A DNA stretch of 64,000 bases from a candidate division WOR-3 bacterium (GTDB lineage: Bacteria; Hydrothermota; Tepidihabitantia; Tepidihabitantales; Tepidihabitantaceae), in contig CBFGJV010000006.1 of NCBI GenBank assembly GCA_965649205.1, positions 32,001 to 96,000 of the forward strand, in the 5' to 3' direction. Made by a program: the position numbers and the translations under genes. Position 1 is the first letter of the stretch. Each line of letters opens with the position of its first letter. The notes beneath the pieces were generated by a model. The model was not told the DNA's origin. It did no database searches and was given only the letters and a program-made list of their open reading frames with translations. This document shows positions 1 to 8,920 of this stretch, in pieces.

Positions 1-107
1 CCAGCTGCAACCGGGACCGCTCTGAAACAGACATGGACCGCCGCATCTCTTCGCCTTCGCTTCAGTGTACTACTCGCACTCCTGCTGTCAAGATACCCCG
101 ACTTGCC

Positions 108-136
108 TTGACCGCTTCCCTTGTCGTTGTTACACT
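108..136 (+). promoter_or_regulatory. sigma70-type promoter of the htrA-purB operon
   Basis: TTGACC-17 bp-TACACT, ending 10 nt before ATG 147. Confidence 0.65.
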
Positions 137-146
137 GGCACTGATT

Positions 147-1262
147 ATGAAAAAAGTATTACCTCTGCTTATACTGATACTGGCTTTTGTTCTGCCAGCC
201 GTACTCTGCAGTGCCGGGCCTCAGAACCAGTCGTCCCGGGACCAGAATGTCAGTCTGAGCGAATCCCGCCGTACCGCCATCGTCCGAGCCGCCGAACTGG
301 TGAGTCCCTCTGTAGTTTCGGTAGTCGTGACTCAAGTACAGGTAGTAACCTATGATCCGTTCGCAGGTCTCGGCCTGGATAACTTCTTCCGAGATTTCTT
401 TCCGCCTCGTCAGTTTCGGCAAGAAGCAAAGTCCATGGGCTCGGGCGTAATAATTTCGGAAGATGGCGACATTATCACCAATGCCCACGTAGTACGCAAC
501 GCCACCCAGATAAAAGTTACTCTGCCTTCAAACCAGGAGTTTGATGCTGAACTGGAAGGCATTGACAACGTCCGGGACCTGGCCCTGCTCAAAGTAAGAG
601 CAAAGAACCTCCCTTCTGCTCCGCTGGGCAACTCAGATGACCTGATGATAGGAGAGTGGGCGATTGCCTTCGGCAATCCTTTTGGATTTCTGCTGGAAGA
701 TGCTCAACCCACTGTTACGGTTGGCGTCATCTCCGCCCTGCACCGGGATGTAAAGACCGGACACGGCCAGGTTATGTCGGACATGATACAGACAGATGCC
801 GCCATCAACCCGGGAAACTCTGGCGGCCCCCTGGTTAATGCTGCAGGAGAGGTAATTGGCATAAACACCTTCATTTTTACTCATTCAGGCGGCTCAGAAG
901 GAATTGGCTTTGCCCGACCCATCAACGACGTAAAACAGTTCGTGGCTGAGGTACGCGGTACCGCCGCTACCCCCCGCTCAATTTCCACCCGACTGGGCTG
1001 CTCGGTGGCAAATATTGAGTCCCGTCTGCGAGCACGCTTCAACCTCTCCTACGACCGGGGAGTGGTAATTACAGAAGTGTCCAGCAAGGGTATCGCCCAA
1101 GCTATGGGACTGGCGCCCGGTGACGTCATCCTCATGGCCCAAGGCCGGGTGGTGCGAGATGCAGCCAGTTTCCAAAAGATCTATGAAAAACTACCCGCCG
1201 TAGTGAATATCGTCATAGACCGAGCAGGAGAACAGGCCCGGCTGGTCTATCCCCTGCAATGA
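147..1262 (+). CDS. htrA: HtrA/DegP-family serine protease with one PDZ domain
   Basis: TNAHV, DLALL and INPGNSGGPL triad motifs plus a C-terminal PDZ-like segment. Start moved from 33 to ATG 147: signal-peptide-like MKKVLPLLIL and a promoter just upstream. Confidence 0.9.
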   Translation: MKKVLPLLILILAFVLPAVLCSAGPQNQSSRDQNVSLSESRRTAIVRAAELVSPSVVSVVVTQVQVVTYDPFAGLGLDNFFRDFFPPRQFRQEAKSMGSGVIISEDGDIITNAHVVRNATQIKVTLPSNQEFDAELEGIDNVRDLALLKVRAKNLPSAPLGNSDDLMIGEWAIAFGNPFGFLLEDAQPTVTVGVISALHRDVKTGHGQVMSDMIQTDAAINPGNSGGPLVNAAGEVIGINTFIFTHSGGSEGIGFARPINDVKQFVAEVRGTAATPRSISTRLGCSVANIESRLRARFNLSYDRGVVITEVSSKGIAQAMGLAPGDVILMAQGRVVRDAASFQKIYEKLPAVVNIVIDRAGEQARLVYPLQ

Positions 1263-2557
1263 TAGAACGATACACCACGCCAGAAATGGCCGCGCTCTGG
1301 TCTGAGCAGGCCAAATTTGAATCCTGGCTGCAGGTAGAAAAGGCAGTAGCCCAGGTGCAGGGCGAACTTGGACTTATCCCCCGTACCGCGGCCCGGGCTA
1401 TTCAGCGTGCCAGCTTCAAACTGGAAGAAATAGCAGAATACGAAAAGGAAACAAACCACGATGTTATCGCCTTTGTCCGCAGCGTCGCCCGTAGCATAGG
1501 TCAGGCCGGCGCCTACGTGCACTATGGCCTCACCTCCTACGACGTCGTGGATACGGCTCTGTCGCTGCGTATACTCGCCGGTCTGAAGGTTGTAAGCAAA
1601 GCTCTAGAGGAACTGCGGCGCCATATCCTTCACCTTGCACGGAAACACCGGCGCACGCCGATGATCGGCCGTACCCACGGCATGCATGCTGAACCTATTA
1701 CTTTCGGTCTCAAATGCCTTTCCTGGTCTGAAGAAGTCGGCCGTAATCTGACCAGACTGCGCCAAGCGGCAGAGGAAATGCGCCATGGCAAACTATCCGG
1801 CACAGTTGGAGCCTATACCCAGCTTCCCCCCTCCTTTGAGGTTCGCGTTTTGAAGATTCTGAAACTGAAACCAGAGCCTGTATCCACTCAGGTCATTCCC
1901 CGTGATCGGCACGCCTATCTGCTCTGCGTACTCGCATTGGCAGCCACCGGTCTGGAACGGATTGCCACGGAAATCCGCAATCTGCAACGCCCGGAAATTG
2001 GCGAACTCGCCGAACCTTTCACCCGGGGCCAACGCGGTTCATCTGCTATGCCGCATAAGCAGAATCCCATCATCTGTGAAAGAATCTGCGGCCTCGCTCG
2101 CGTTGTACGGGGACTTACCGCAGTCGGATATGAAAACATCCCGCTCTGGCACGAACGAGACCTGACTAACTCTGCCCCGGAACGGATTGCCATCCCGGGG
2201 GCTTTTTCTCTGGTTCATTATATCACTCGCAAGCTCTCCGCAGTTATGTACGGACTGGTAGTGAGGCAGGACCGGATGAAAGAAAATCTGGAAGCATCGG
2301 GCGGTATTTTTTTCTCCCAGGGACTGATGCTCGCCCTGGTACGCGCTGGTCTGGATCGGGAAAGCGCCTATAAACTGGTACAGCGATTGGCTTTTGAAGC
2401 CCAGGAAACGGGCCGCCCGTTCACCGAACTGTGTCGTCAGAATCCAGTTATTCTCCAGAAGCTGGGCGAACGCAATCTGGCCCATGTGTTCGACCTGCAA
2501 CACCTGCTCCGGCACGTGGACGTGGTTTACCGTCGAACCGGTCTTACTCGCCGCTGA
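1259..2557 (+). CDS. purB: Adenylosuccinate lyase
   Basis: MIERY start, HDVIAF, GRTHG and the GSSAMPHKQNP fumarase/lyase signature. Confidence 0.95.
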   Translation: MIERYTTPEMAALWSEQAKFESWLQVEKAVAQVQGELGLIPRTAARAIQRASFKLEEIAEYEKETNHDVIAFVRSVARSIGQAGAYVHYGLTSYDVVDTALSLRILAGLKVVSKALEELRRHILHLARKHRRTPMIGRTHGMHAEPITFGLKCLSWSEEVGRNLTRLRQAAEEMRHGKLSGTVGAYTQLPPSFEVRVLKILKLKPEPVSTQVIPRDRHAYLLCVLALAATGLERIATEIRNLQRPEIGELAEPFTRGQRGSSAMPHKQNPIICERICGLARVVRGLTAVGYENIPLWHERDLTNSAPERIAIPGAFSLVHYITRKLSAVMYGLVVRQDRMKENLEASGGIFFSQGLMLALVRAGLDRESAYKLVQRLAFEAQETGRPFTELCRQNPVILQKLGERNLAHVFDLQHLLRHVDVVYRRTGLTRR

Positions 2558-2575
2558 ACCTCAGTCTATGCTCTG

Positions 2576-3697
2576 ATGGATGCCGCCATTTCTAACACCG
2601 GTCGCTGTCTCATTGACGGTTCCCGCCTTATCGTCGAGTCCCTGGCTAGGGCTGGGGCTGATACCTTTTTAGGTTATCCGATAACGCCGGCCAATCTCAT
2701 CTATCAGTACGCATTTCGACGCATTCCCCTGGCCATAGCCGCCCCGGACGAAATCACCGCCTTGCAATGGATGGCGGGATTCGCAGCCTGCGGGAGGCTT
2801 CCCTTCACCGCCACTTCCTACCCCGGTTTCGCCTTGATGGCTGAATCTATTGGCATGTCACATATGATGGAACTACCCATGGTCATAGTGCTAGCCCAAC
2901 GTCTGGGACCTTCTACCGGTAGTGCTACCGACAGTGCCCAAGGCGACCTGTTGCTGGTGCGCGGCCTGCTTTCTGGAGGCTACTCTCTTCCCGTGCTCTG
3001 TCCGTCCAGTTTTGCCGATTGCTGGGAGCTACCAGCTCTGGCTGTGCAGACTGCTCTTCGATTACGCAGCCCGGTCATATTGCTGACTTCCAAGGAGATG
3101 GTCATGACGCAGCGGGACTGGGACCTGTCCAGCTTGACCAGCATCACCCCAGCCAGACGTGATTTCTACTCCGGTTCTGCACCTTATGAAACATATGCTC
3201 CCCAGAGTAATCTGGTTCCTGCCTTCCTGCCTGTAGGCAACTCCTCGCACCAGGTACGTCTAAACGCCTCCACCCACGACACCAGAGGTCTTCCCGGACC
3301 TGCCGCGGGACCTGGTCTGGCTAACGCCTTGCGGCTGGAGAAAAAGGTGAGAAACAATCTGTCCGATTTTACCCGCTTCGATTTGGACGAACAGGCTGGA
3401 GCGCAAACAGTCATTGTTTCCTGGGACATCACAGCCCTGGCGGCTCGCGAGGCTACCCTGCTCTTGCGCCGTCAAGGCCGGCAGGTGTCTCTGCTCATAC
3501 CTAAAACACTTCTACCTGTTCCCCCTATTTATCTGGAGATTCTGAACCGCTACTCCAGAATTGTGATTGCCGAAGAAAACTTCGGCGGACAGCTGAAGGA
3601 AATTATATTTGGCACCTATGAACGACCAGGGGTCATACCCGTGAACGCGGTAGGTCGCTTGCTCACTCCGAATGAAATTGCCGAGGCAGCCGCATGA
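2576..3697 (+). CDS. 2-oxoacid:ferredoxin oxidoreductase alpha subunit
   Basis: GYPITP motif, TATSYPGF and QRLGPSTG...QGD. Confidence 0.85.
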   Translation: MDAAISNTGRCLIDGSRLIVESLARAGADTFLGYPITPANLIYQYAFRRIPLAIAAPDEITALQWMAGFAACGRLPFTATSYPGFALMAESIGMSHMMELPMVIVLAQRLGPSTGSATDSAQGDLLLVRGLLSGGYSLPVLCPSSFADCWELPALAVQTALRLRSPVILLTSKEMVMTQRDWDLSSLTSITPARRDFYSGSAPYETYAPQSNLVPAFLPVGNSSHQVRLNASTHDTRGLPGPAAGPGLANALRLEKKVRNNLSDFTRFDLDEQAGAQTVIVSWDITALAAREATLLLRRQGRQVSLLIPKTLLPVPPIYLEILNRYSRIVIAEENFGGQLKEIIFGTYERPGVIPVNAVGRLLTPNEIAEAAA

Positions 3698-4965
3698 ACA
3701 ACCGGTTTCTATCTGATGGAGACTTGCCCTTCTGCCCAGGCTGTGGCCACGCTCTTACTGTACGCAACACGGCGAGAGCGCTGGAAAAACTACAACTCGA
3801 CCCTCTTGATGTGGTCTTGGTCACTGACATTGGCTGCCATGGCATCATTGATCGTAACTTTCATACCCATACGGTACACGGCATCCACGGTCGCTCGCTT
3901 GCCTTGTCCGCAGGCATAGCCTCCTGCCTGCCAGAAGGCAAGGTAGTCATCGCTTTCTTGGGAGATGGCGGGGCAATCATCGGTCTCCAGCATCTCTTTC
4001 AGGCCGCTCACTACAACTTTCCCCTTACCGCTGTCGTTTTTAACAACATGCTTTATGGCATGACCGGCGGTCAACCCTCCGGACTTACTCCCTGCGGCTA
4101 CCGCACGCCTACCCACCCCACAGGTACCAGAGAAGCGGGGATTGACCTGTGTCGCTGGTTGCATGCCGCAGGAGCTGCCAGCGTGGAACGGGTCATCTGC
4201 CGCGGCGACTTCTCAGACGCAATTTCCCGGGCCATTTTGACACCCGGGTTTTCGCTCGTGGAAGTGATAGAACAATGTCCTAGCTACGGAATTAAGCACA
4301 ACCCTGGCCGGTCTGTGGAAGAACTACTGGATGCCGCCGGCCTCTCCGTAGGTTTATGGCGCAACGAAAATGCCGTACCGACTCGCTTCTCACCCCGGGA
4401 AAACCTGGACTCGCTCCTGCATCTGGAACCCCTTGAGCAGAAGTATACCGCCACTCTGAACCGCCGCATCTCCATACTTGTTGGCGGCTCGGCTGGCGAG
4501 GGAGTACAATCTGCCGCCGAGATGTTCGCTCGTGCGGCCATTTCTTCCGGACTAAGCGCCACCAAACGGGGTTGGTACCCGGTAACTGTCGGCACCGGTT
4601 ATTCGGCTGCAGACATCGTCATTTCCCCAGAACCAATTCTTTACGCGGGCGTAGTAGTACCGGACCTGGCCGTTCTTACTTCTGAAGACGGCTTCAAACG
4701 TTGTGCTTCTACCGTACGCCCTATGCCTTCCGGGTGGGTACTGCTTGATGATGACCTGCCCGAATTGGAAACCAGAGCCTGTCTAAAACGTGCCCCGCTT
4801 CGCCGAACCGCTGGCCGCCGTCAGGCAGCGTTGTATGCGCTTGCCCTCCTTTTACGCGAACACAAACTGTTTCCCCTTTCCGCCCTGCTGGAGGCACACA
4901 AACACAGCAAACTCGCAACTAAATTGGATCTGACCCGTCTTCTCTCTGCAGAGGAGAACGTATGA
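3694..4965 (+). CDS. 2-oxoacid:ferredoxin oxidoreductase beta subunit fused to a gamma domain
   Basis: FCPGCGH, DIGC, the GDGG...NN TPP motif and QCP, followed by a gamma-type GSAGEGVQSA domain. Confidence 0.85.
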   Translation: MNNRFLSDGDLPFCPGCGHALTVRNTARALEKLQLDPLDVVLVTDIGCHGIIDRNFHTHTVHGIHGRSLALSAGIASCLPEGKVVIAFLGDGGAIIGLQHLFQAAHYNFPLTAVVFNNMLYGMTGGQPSGLTPCGYRTPTHPTGTREAGIDLCRWLHAAGAASVERVICRGDFSDAISRAILTPGFSLVEVIEQCPSYGIKHNPGRSVEELLDAAGLSVGLWRNENAVPTRFSPRENLDSLLHLEPLEQKYTATLNRRISILVGGSAGEGVQSAAEMFARAAISSGLSATKRGWYPVTVGTGYSAADIVISPEPILYAGVVVPDLAVLTSEDGFKRCASTVRPMPSGWVLLDDDLPELETRACLKRAPLRRTAGRRQAALYALALLLREHKLFPLSALLEAHKHSKLATKLDLTRLLSAEENV

Positions 4966-5041
4966 GTCAGAAAGCCTTTGTTTGCCTGCGTCAGTACGGT
5001 TTTTCGTTTTATTTAATCCTAAACAATAATCAGGAGGACTT

Positions 5042-6241
5042 ATGATAGACTTCTCTTTCACTGAAGAACAGAAGTTTGTACAAGACTTGGCGCGCAAGTG
5101 GGCCCAAGCCGAGGTGCTGCCTCTAATTCAGGAAAAAGACCAGAAAGCCGAATTCGACCCTGCGTTTCTTCGCGGCATGGCGGCGCTGGGGTTGCTGGGC
5201 CTTTCCCTGCCCTCAAGGTATGGCGGCATCGGCAATGACTATATCGCCCTAGGCTTGGCCTGCGAAGAACTGGAGTATGTTGATACCTCCCTGCGCGTCA
5301 TTCTCTCGGTCCACATCGGACTAAACAGTCTCACCCTGCTCTCCTGGGCAACGGAAGAGCAGAAACAGCGCTGGCTGGTGCCACAGGCCAAAGGGGAAAA
5401 ACTGGGCACCTTTGGTCTTACGGAACCTGCAGCTGGCAGCGACGCTCTCGGTATCCAGTGCACCGCCCGCAAAGACGGCACTGACTATGTGATCAGCGGC
5501 GAAAAAATGTGGATTTCTCTGGCTGACATTGCCGACCATTTCATAATCCTTGCCTGGACCGATGCAGAAAAAAAGCAACGCCGCGACCACACGGGCATGT
5601 CTGCTTTTCTTCTCGAACGAGGTATGAAGGGCCTTTCAACAGCCACCATACACGGCAAATTGGGAGTGCGGGCGGGAAACACCGGTTCCATCGCCCTGGA
5701 CGAGGTCCGCGTACCAAAGGAAAACATCTTAGGCCAGGAGGGTGAAGGATTCCGCATCGCCATGTTTGCCATAGACCAGGGCCGCTACACCGTAGCCGCC
5801 GGCTCTACTGGCCTGATTCGCGCCTGCCTTGATGCATCAGTAGAATACGCTCAGACTCGCACCACCTTCGGCCGCCCCATAGCAGAGCATCAACTTATCA
5901 AAGAGATGATAGCGGAAATGGCTTCCGACTACGAAGCTGCCCGATTGCTCTGGCTAAAAGCCGGGTGGCTTAAGAACGAAGGACGGCGCAATACCCGCGA
6001 AACATCACTTGCCAAGATGTACGCCTGCCAGTGTGCGGAAAAAGCCGCTTCCAACGCGGTCCAGATTCATGGCGCCTATGGCTTCTCCAACGAATACAAC
6101 GTGGAACGCTTCTATCGCAACGCCAAAGGCGCACAGATATACGAAGGTTCGCGGGAAATACACAAACTCCTGCAAGCTGACTATGCACTCGGCTTGCGCC
6201 AGGATAAGCCCACCCGCTGCACACTGCCCAAACCTGAATAG
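5042..6241 (+). CDS. Acyl-CoA dehydrogenase
   Basis: FGLTEPAAGSD, GEKMWIS, QIHGAYG and IYEGSREI; SD AGGAGG upstream. Confidence 0.93.
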   Translation: MIDFSFTEEQKFVQDLARKWAQAEVLPLIQEKDQKAEFDPAFLRGMAALGLLGLSLPSRYGGIGNDYIALGLACEELEYVDTSLRVILSVHIGLNSLTLLSWATEEQKQRWLVPQAKGEKLGTFGLTEPAAGSDALGIQCTARKDGTDYVISGEKMWISLADIADHFIILAWTDAEKKQRRDHTGMSAFLLERGMKGLSTATIHGKLGVRAGNTGSIALDEVRVPKENILGQEGEGFRIAMFAIDQGRYTVAAGSTGLIRACLDASVEYAQTRTTFGRPIAEHQLIKEMIAEMASDYEAARLLWLKAGWLKNEGRRNTRETSLAKMYACQCAEKAASNAVQIHGAYGFSNEYNVERFYRNAKGAQIYEGSREIHKLLQADYALGLRQDKPTRCTLPKPE

Positions 6242-6253
6242 AGAGGAGCAGAA

Positions 6254-6442
6254 ATGCCGGTCATATATCTGAAGTCTGGCGGCAGCGTGACCTGCGCCGC
6301 CTACACTCTCAAGGAAGGAATGATCCGCGCTGTAGACGTAAAGTTCAACGACGTACCCGGCATCCCGGAAGAAAAGTCAACCATGAGCAATGCGGACGTT
6401 TCTCCGGCTAACATACTATATATATTGCCGGGCAAGGTATAA
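6254..6442 (+). CDS. Small hypothetical protein (62 aa)
   Basis: SD GAGGAG upstream; fills the gap between co-oriented genes; no family recognised. Confidence 0.6.
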   Translation: MPVIYLKSGGSVTCAAYTLKEGMIRAVDVKFNDVPGIPEEKSTMSNADVSPANILYILPGKV

Positions 6443-6480
6443 CCGCACAACTCTCGGATTCATACCTCCTTTATGACTGA

Positions 6481-7593
6481 ATGAGCGCTACGTCCCCTCG
6501 CGTTCTGGTACGCCGGGTGGGCGACTTGGCGAATGCCGTCGACGAAGCCTTGGACTTTATCGGCTACGACTTTGCCGGCAAGAAGGTATGGGTCAAACCT
6601 AACCTGCTGGGCCCTCACCCGCCAGAACGGTCAGTTACCACCGCACCAGAACTTGTCCGTCATGTTGTCCGTGCTCTCCGCGCTCGCCAAGCTACAGAAA
6701 TCTGGGTAGCAGACAATCCGGCTGGAGGACTTCAACGTCACATCGCCGAATACCTTGCCCCTACGGGCGTAGTCCAGGCTAGCGAAGGCTGTTTTCGCAG
6801 CATATCTGAAACGCCCGTCACGCTGCGACTGCAATCCCGCTTTATTCCTGAGATAGTAGTTTCCCGCATCATCACTGAAGCAGATGTCATTCTCAATCTC
6901 CCCGTGTTCAAAACCCATGCCCTCACTATACTCACTGGAGCAGTAAAAAACCTGTTTGGCATTATTCCTGGTGGCCAGAAATCTGCCCTGCACATGCTTG
7001 CCCGCTCTGGTGACGATTTTGGCGAACTTCTGGTTGATATCTACCAGGCTATCCCAATCCCGGTGCTTACAATAATGGATGCGTTACGCGGTATGGACGG
7101 CCTCAACGGTCCTTCTAGCGGACGCGTACTGTCTTTGGGCAGAATCTTATCCTCGCCCGACCCTGCCGCTCTGGATCTGGTAATGGCTAAGCTGGCTGGC
7201 GCAGACCCCCAAAGAATTCCCACGGTAAGAATTGCCGCTCAACGTGGACTTGGCCCTGCTCACCTAAACGAGATAAACTTGGCAGGCGACTGGGAACCGA
7301 TACGCGGATTCAAACTACCTCCGACCCGGCTCGCCACCAGTCTTACAGGCATCTCCTCCCTGCTCGCCTATCCCCTTCTCCGTCGCTGGCCCCTGCTCAA
7401 ACCCCACCGCTGTATCAAATGTAGCCGCTGCACTGATAACTGCCCAGTTAAGGCTATCAAGCTGATCCCCTTTCCCCAAATAGACCGTTCCAGATGCATA
7501 CTCTGCTATTGTTGCGCGGAACTATGTCCAGTGAGCGCCATGCATGTCCCCGGTCAATTCCAAGCGCTGGTGCAAAACCTGCTCCGCCGCTAG
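6481..7593 (+). CDS. DUF362 domain protein with C-terminal 2x[4Fe-4S] ferredoxin
   Basis: VKPNL, NLPVFKTH...TGAVKNLFG; CIKCSRCTDNCP and CILCYCCAELCP. Confidence 0.88.
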   Translation: MSATSPRVLVRRVGDLANAVDEALDFIGYDFAGKKVWVKPNLLGPHPPERSVTTAPELVRHVVRALRARQATEIWVADNPAGGLQRHIAEYLAPTGVVQASEGCFRSISETPVTLRLQSRFIPEIVVSRIITEADVILNLPVFKTHALTILTGAVKNLFGIIPGGQKSALHMLARSGDDFGELLVDIYQAIPIPVLTIMDALRGMDGLNGPSSGRVLSLGRILSSPDPAALDLVMAKLAGADPQRIPTVRIAAQRGLGPAHLNEINLAGDWEPIRGFKLPPTRLATSLTGISSLLAYPLLRRWPLLKPHRCIKCSRCTDNCPVKAIKLIPFPQIDRSRCILCYCCAELCPVSAMHVPGQFQALVQNLLRR

Positions 7594-7867
7594 TAGTTTC
7601 TGCCTTCCCGGCTGTATGCTGACTTGTGTGCCCCCCACTGACAAGAACCCTCCACCCAATGACTTCGGAGCCTACCCCGACTTCCAACCGCAGGACATAG
7701 CACGCAACCCACCTACTCTTCCTGCCGCCATTGATATCCTACGCCAGTTCCCAACTGCCATGACCACTTAACCCGTTACCATCACGTCAGTTACAGCCAA
7801 AACTCTTTTTCTGATTCGTACTCGTATTCGTTCCCCCCCCCTCTCCTGAACCTGCTGACCGACTCAG

Positions 7868-7886
7868 TGGGGGAGTCACTCCCCCA
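7868..7886. repeat. Perfect 9-bp inverted repeat between convergent genes
   Basis: TGGGGGAGT-C-ACTCCCCCA; possible terminator or protein-binding site. Confidence 0.4.
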
Positions 7887-7931
7887 TCAATTTCCGTGCC
7901 AATTTTGCCGTCTTCGGGCCGTTCTCTTGTC

Positions 7932-8828
7932 TCAAACAGAAACCTGGGGAATATCTTTCGGGCGACTTACTGCCAGGTAGATAGCAAAAAGTATGACAAC
8001 CCCGCCTATCACCTCCCAAGTTTTGGGCGGTTCTCGCAGCAGAAGCCAGCCCAAAAGCGAAGCCCCGACCGGTTCAAATAGGATGACCATCGCTACCACA
8101 GGTGCGGGCAAATAACGAAGTGCCCAGTTGAAACTGGTATGACCTATCAATTGAGGACCAAGTCCCAGAAGCAGTATCAACATGTAACTTTTGCCTGAAT
8201 ACCCGACCACAGGCAAGCCCGCAACCGCCACAACCCCCAATAACAAGAGGGCGGCTACGGTGTACATCACGTAAACATAGCCCACCAGTCCCACCCGCTG
8301 TCTCACCCTTCTCCCCAGGAGAAGATACCCTGCCGCACATACAGCTCCTCCTATAGCCAGAAGATTTCCACTAGTAACAAGACTCGAGCCCAACCCCGGT
8401 CCGGCAATGAGAGCAGCACCCGCAACTCCCATGCCTGTAGCCAGATACAGACGCCAGGAAGTCTTTTCTCGCAAGAACAGGGGTGCAGCTAGAGCGACAA
8501 ACACGGGGTCCATTGCCACAAGTACAACCGAACTGGTTATCGACGTACGTCTCAACGACTCTATCCAGAAGGCAAAGTGCAAAGCCAGAAAGACACCTGC
8601 GGCAATGGAAAACATCCAATCTCTGGCTTGAAACTGTACCCTCATAAGCCGCCATCGTGTCCAGAAAAAAGGAGCAAGAAACAGCGCGGCAACAACCAGC
8701 CTGCCCGCCGCTATTATCAGTGCCGGAGCTACCACAAGCCGGATTATGATGGCAGCAAAAGAAAGAGTGGTCACTCCTGCGGCCAAAACCAGTCCGGGGT
8801 TGACCTGCGCCTTTTTGTTTGCTGGCAC
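7932..8828 (-). CDS. EamA/DMT-family transporter
   Basis: About 10 hydrophobic segments, LALHFAFWIESL and GHTSFNWAL. Probable GTG start at 8828 after TTGACC-16-TAGAAC; the track starts it at 8861. Confidence 0.88.
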   Translation of the reverse strand: MPANKKAQVNPGLVLAAGVTTLSFAAIIIRLVVAPALIIAAGRLVVAALFLAPFFWTRWRLMRVQFQARDWMFSIAAGVFLALHFAFWIESLRRTSITSSVVLVAMDPVFVALAAPLFLREKTSWRLYLATGMGVAGAALIAGPGLGSSLVTSGNLLAIGGAVCAAGYLLLGRRVRQRVGLVGYVYVMYTVAALLLLGVVAVAGLPVVGYSGKSYMLILLLGLGPQLIGHTSFNWALRYLPAPVVAMVILFEPVGASLLGWLLLREPPKTWEVIGGVVILFAIYLAVSRPKDIPQVSV

Positions 8829-8920
8829 AGTTTGTTCTAGCAAGTTCTGCCCGTCGGTCAAGACGATTAATCGGGAAAAAGCCCGTTTGACTTACCAGTT
8901 GGTATTTCTAAGATTCCGCC

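Noticed and set aside
2555..2578. purB TGA in frame with the downstream oxidoreductase alpha gene
   Set aside because: PurB is full length, the next gene has its own ATG, and in-frame neighbours arise one time in three by chance.
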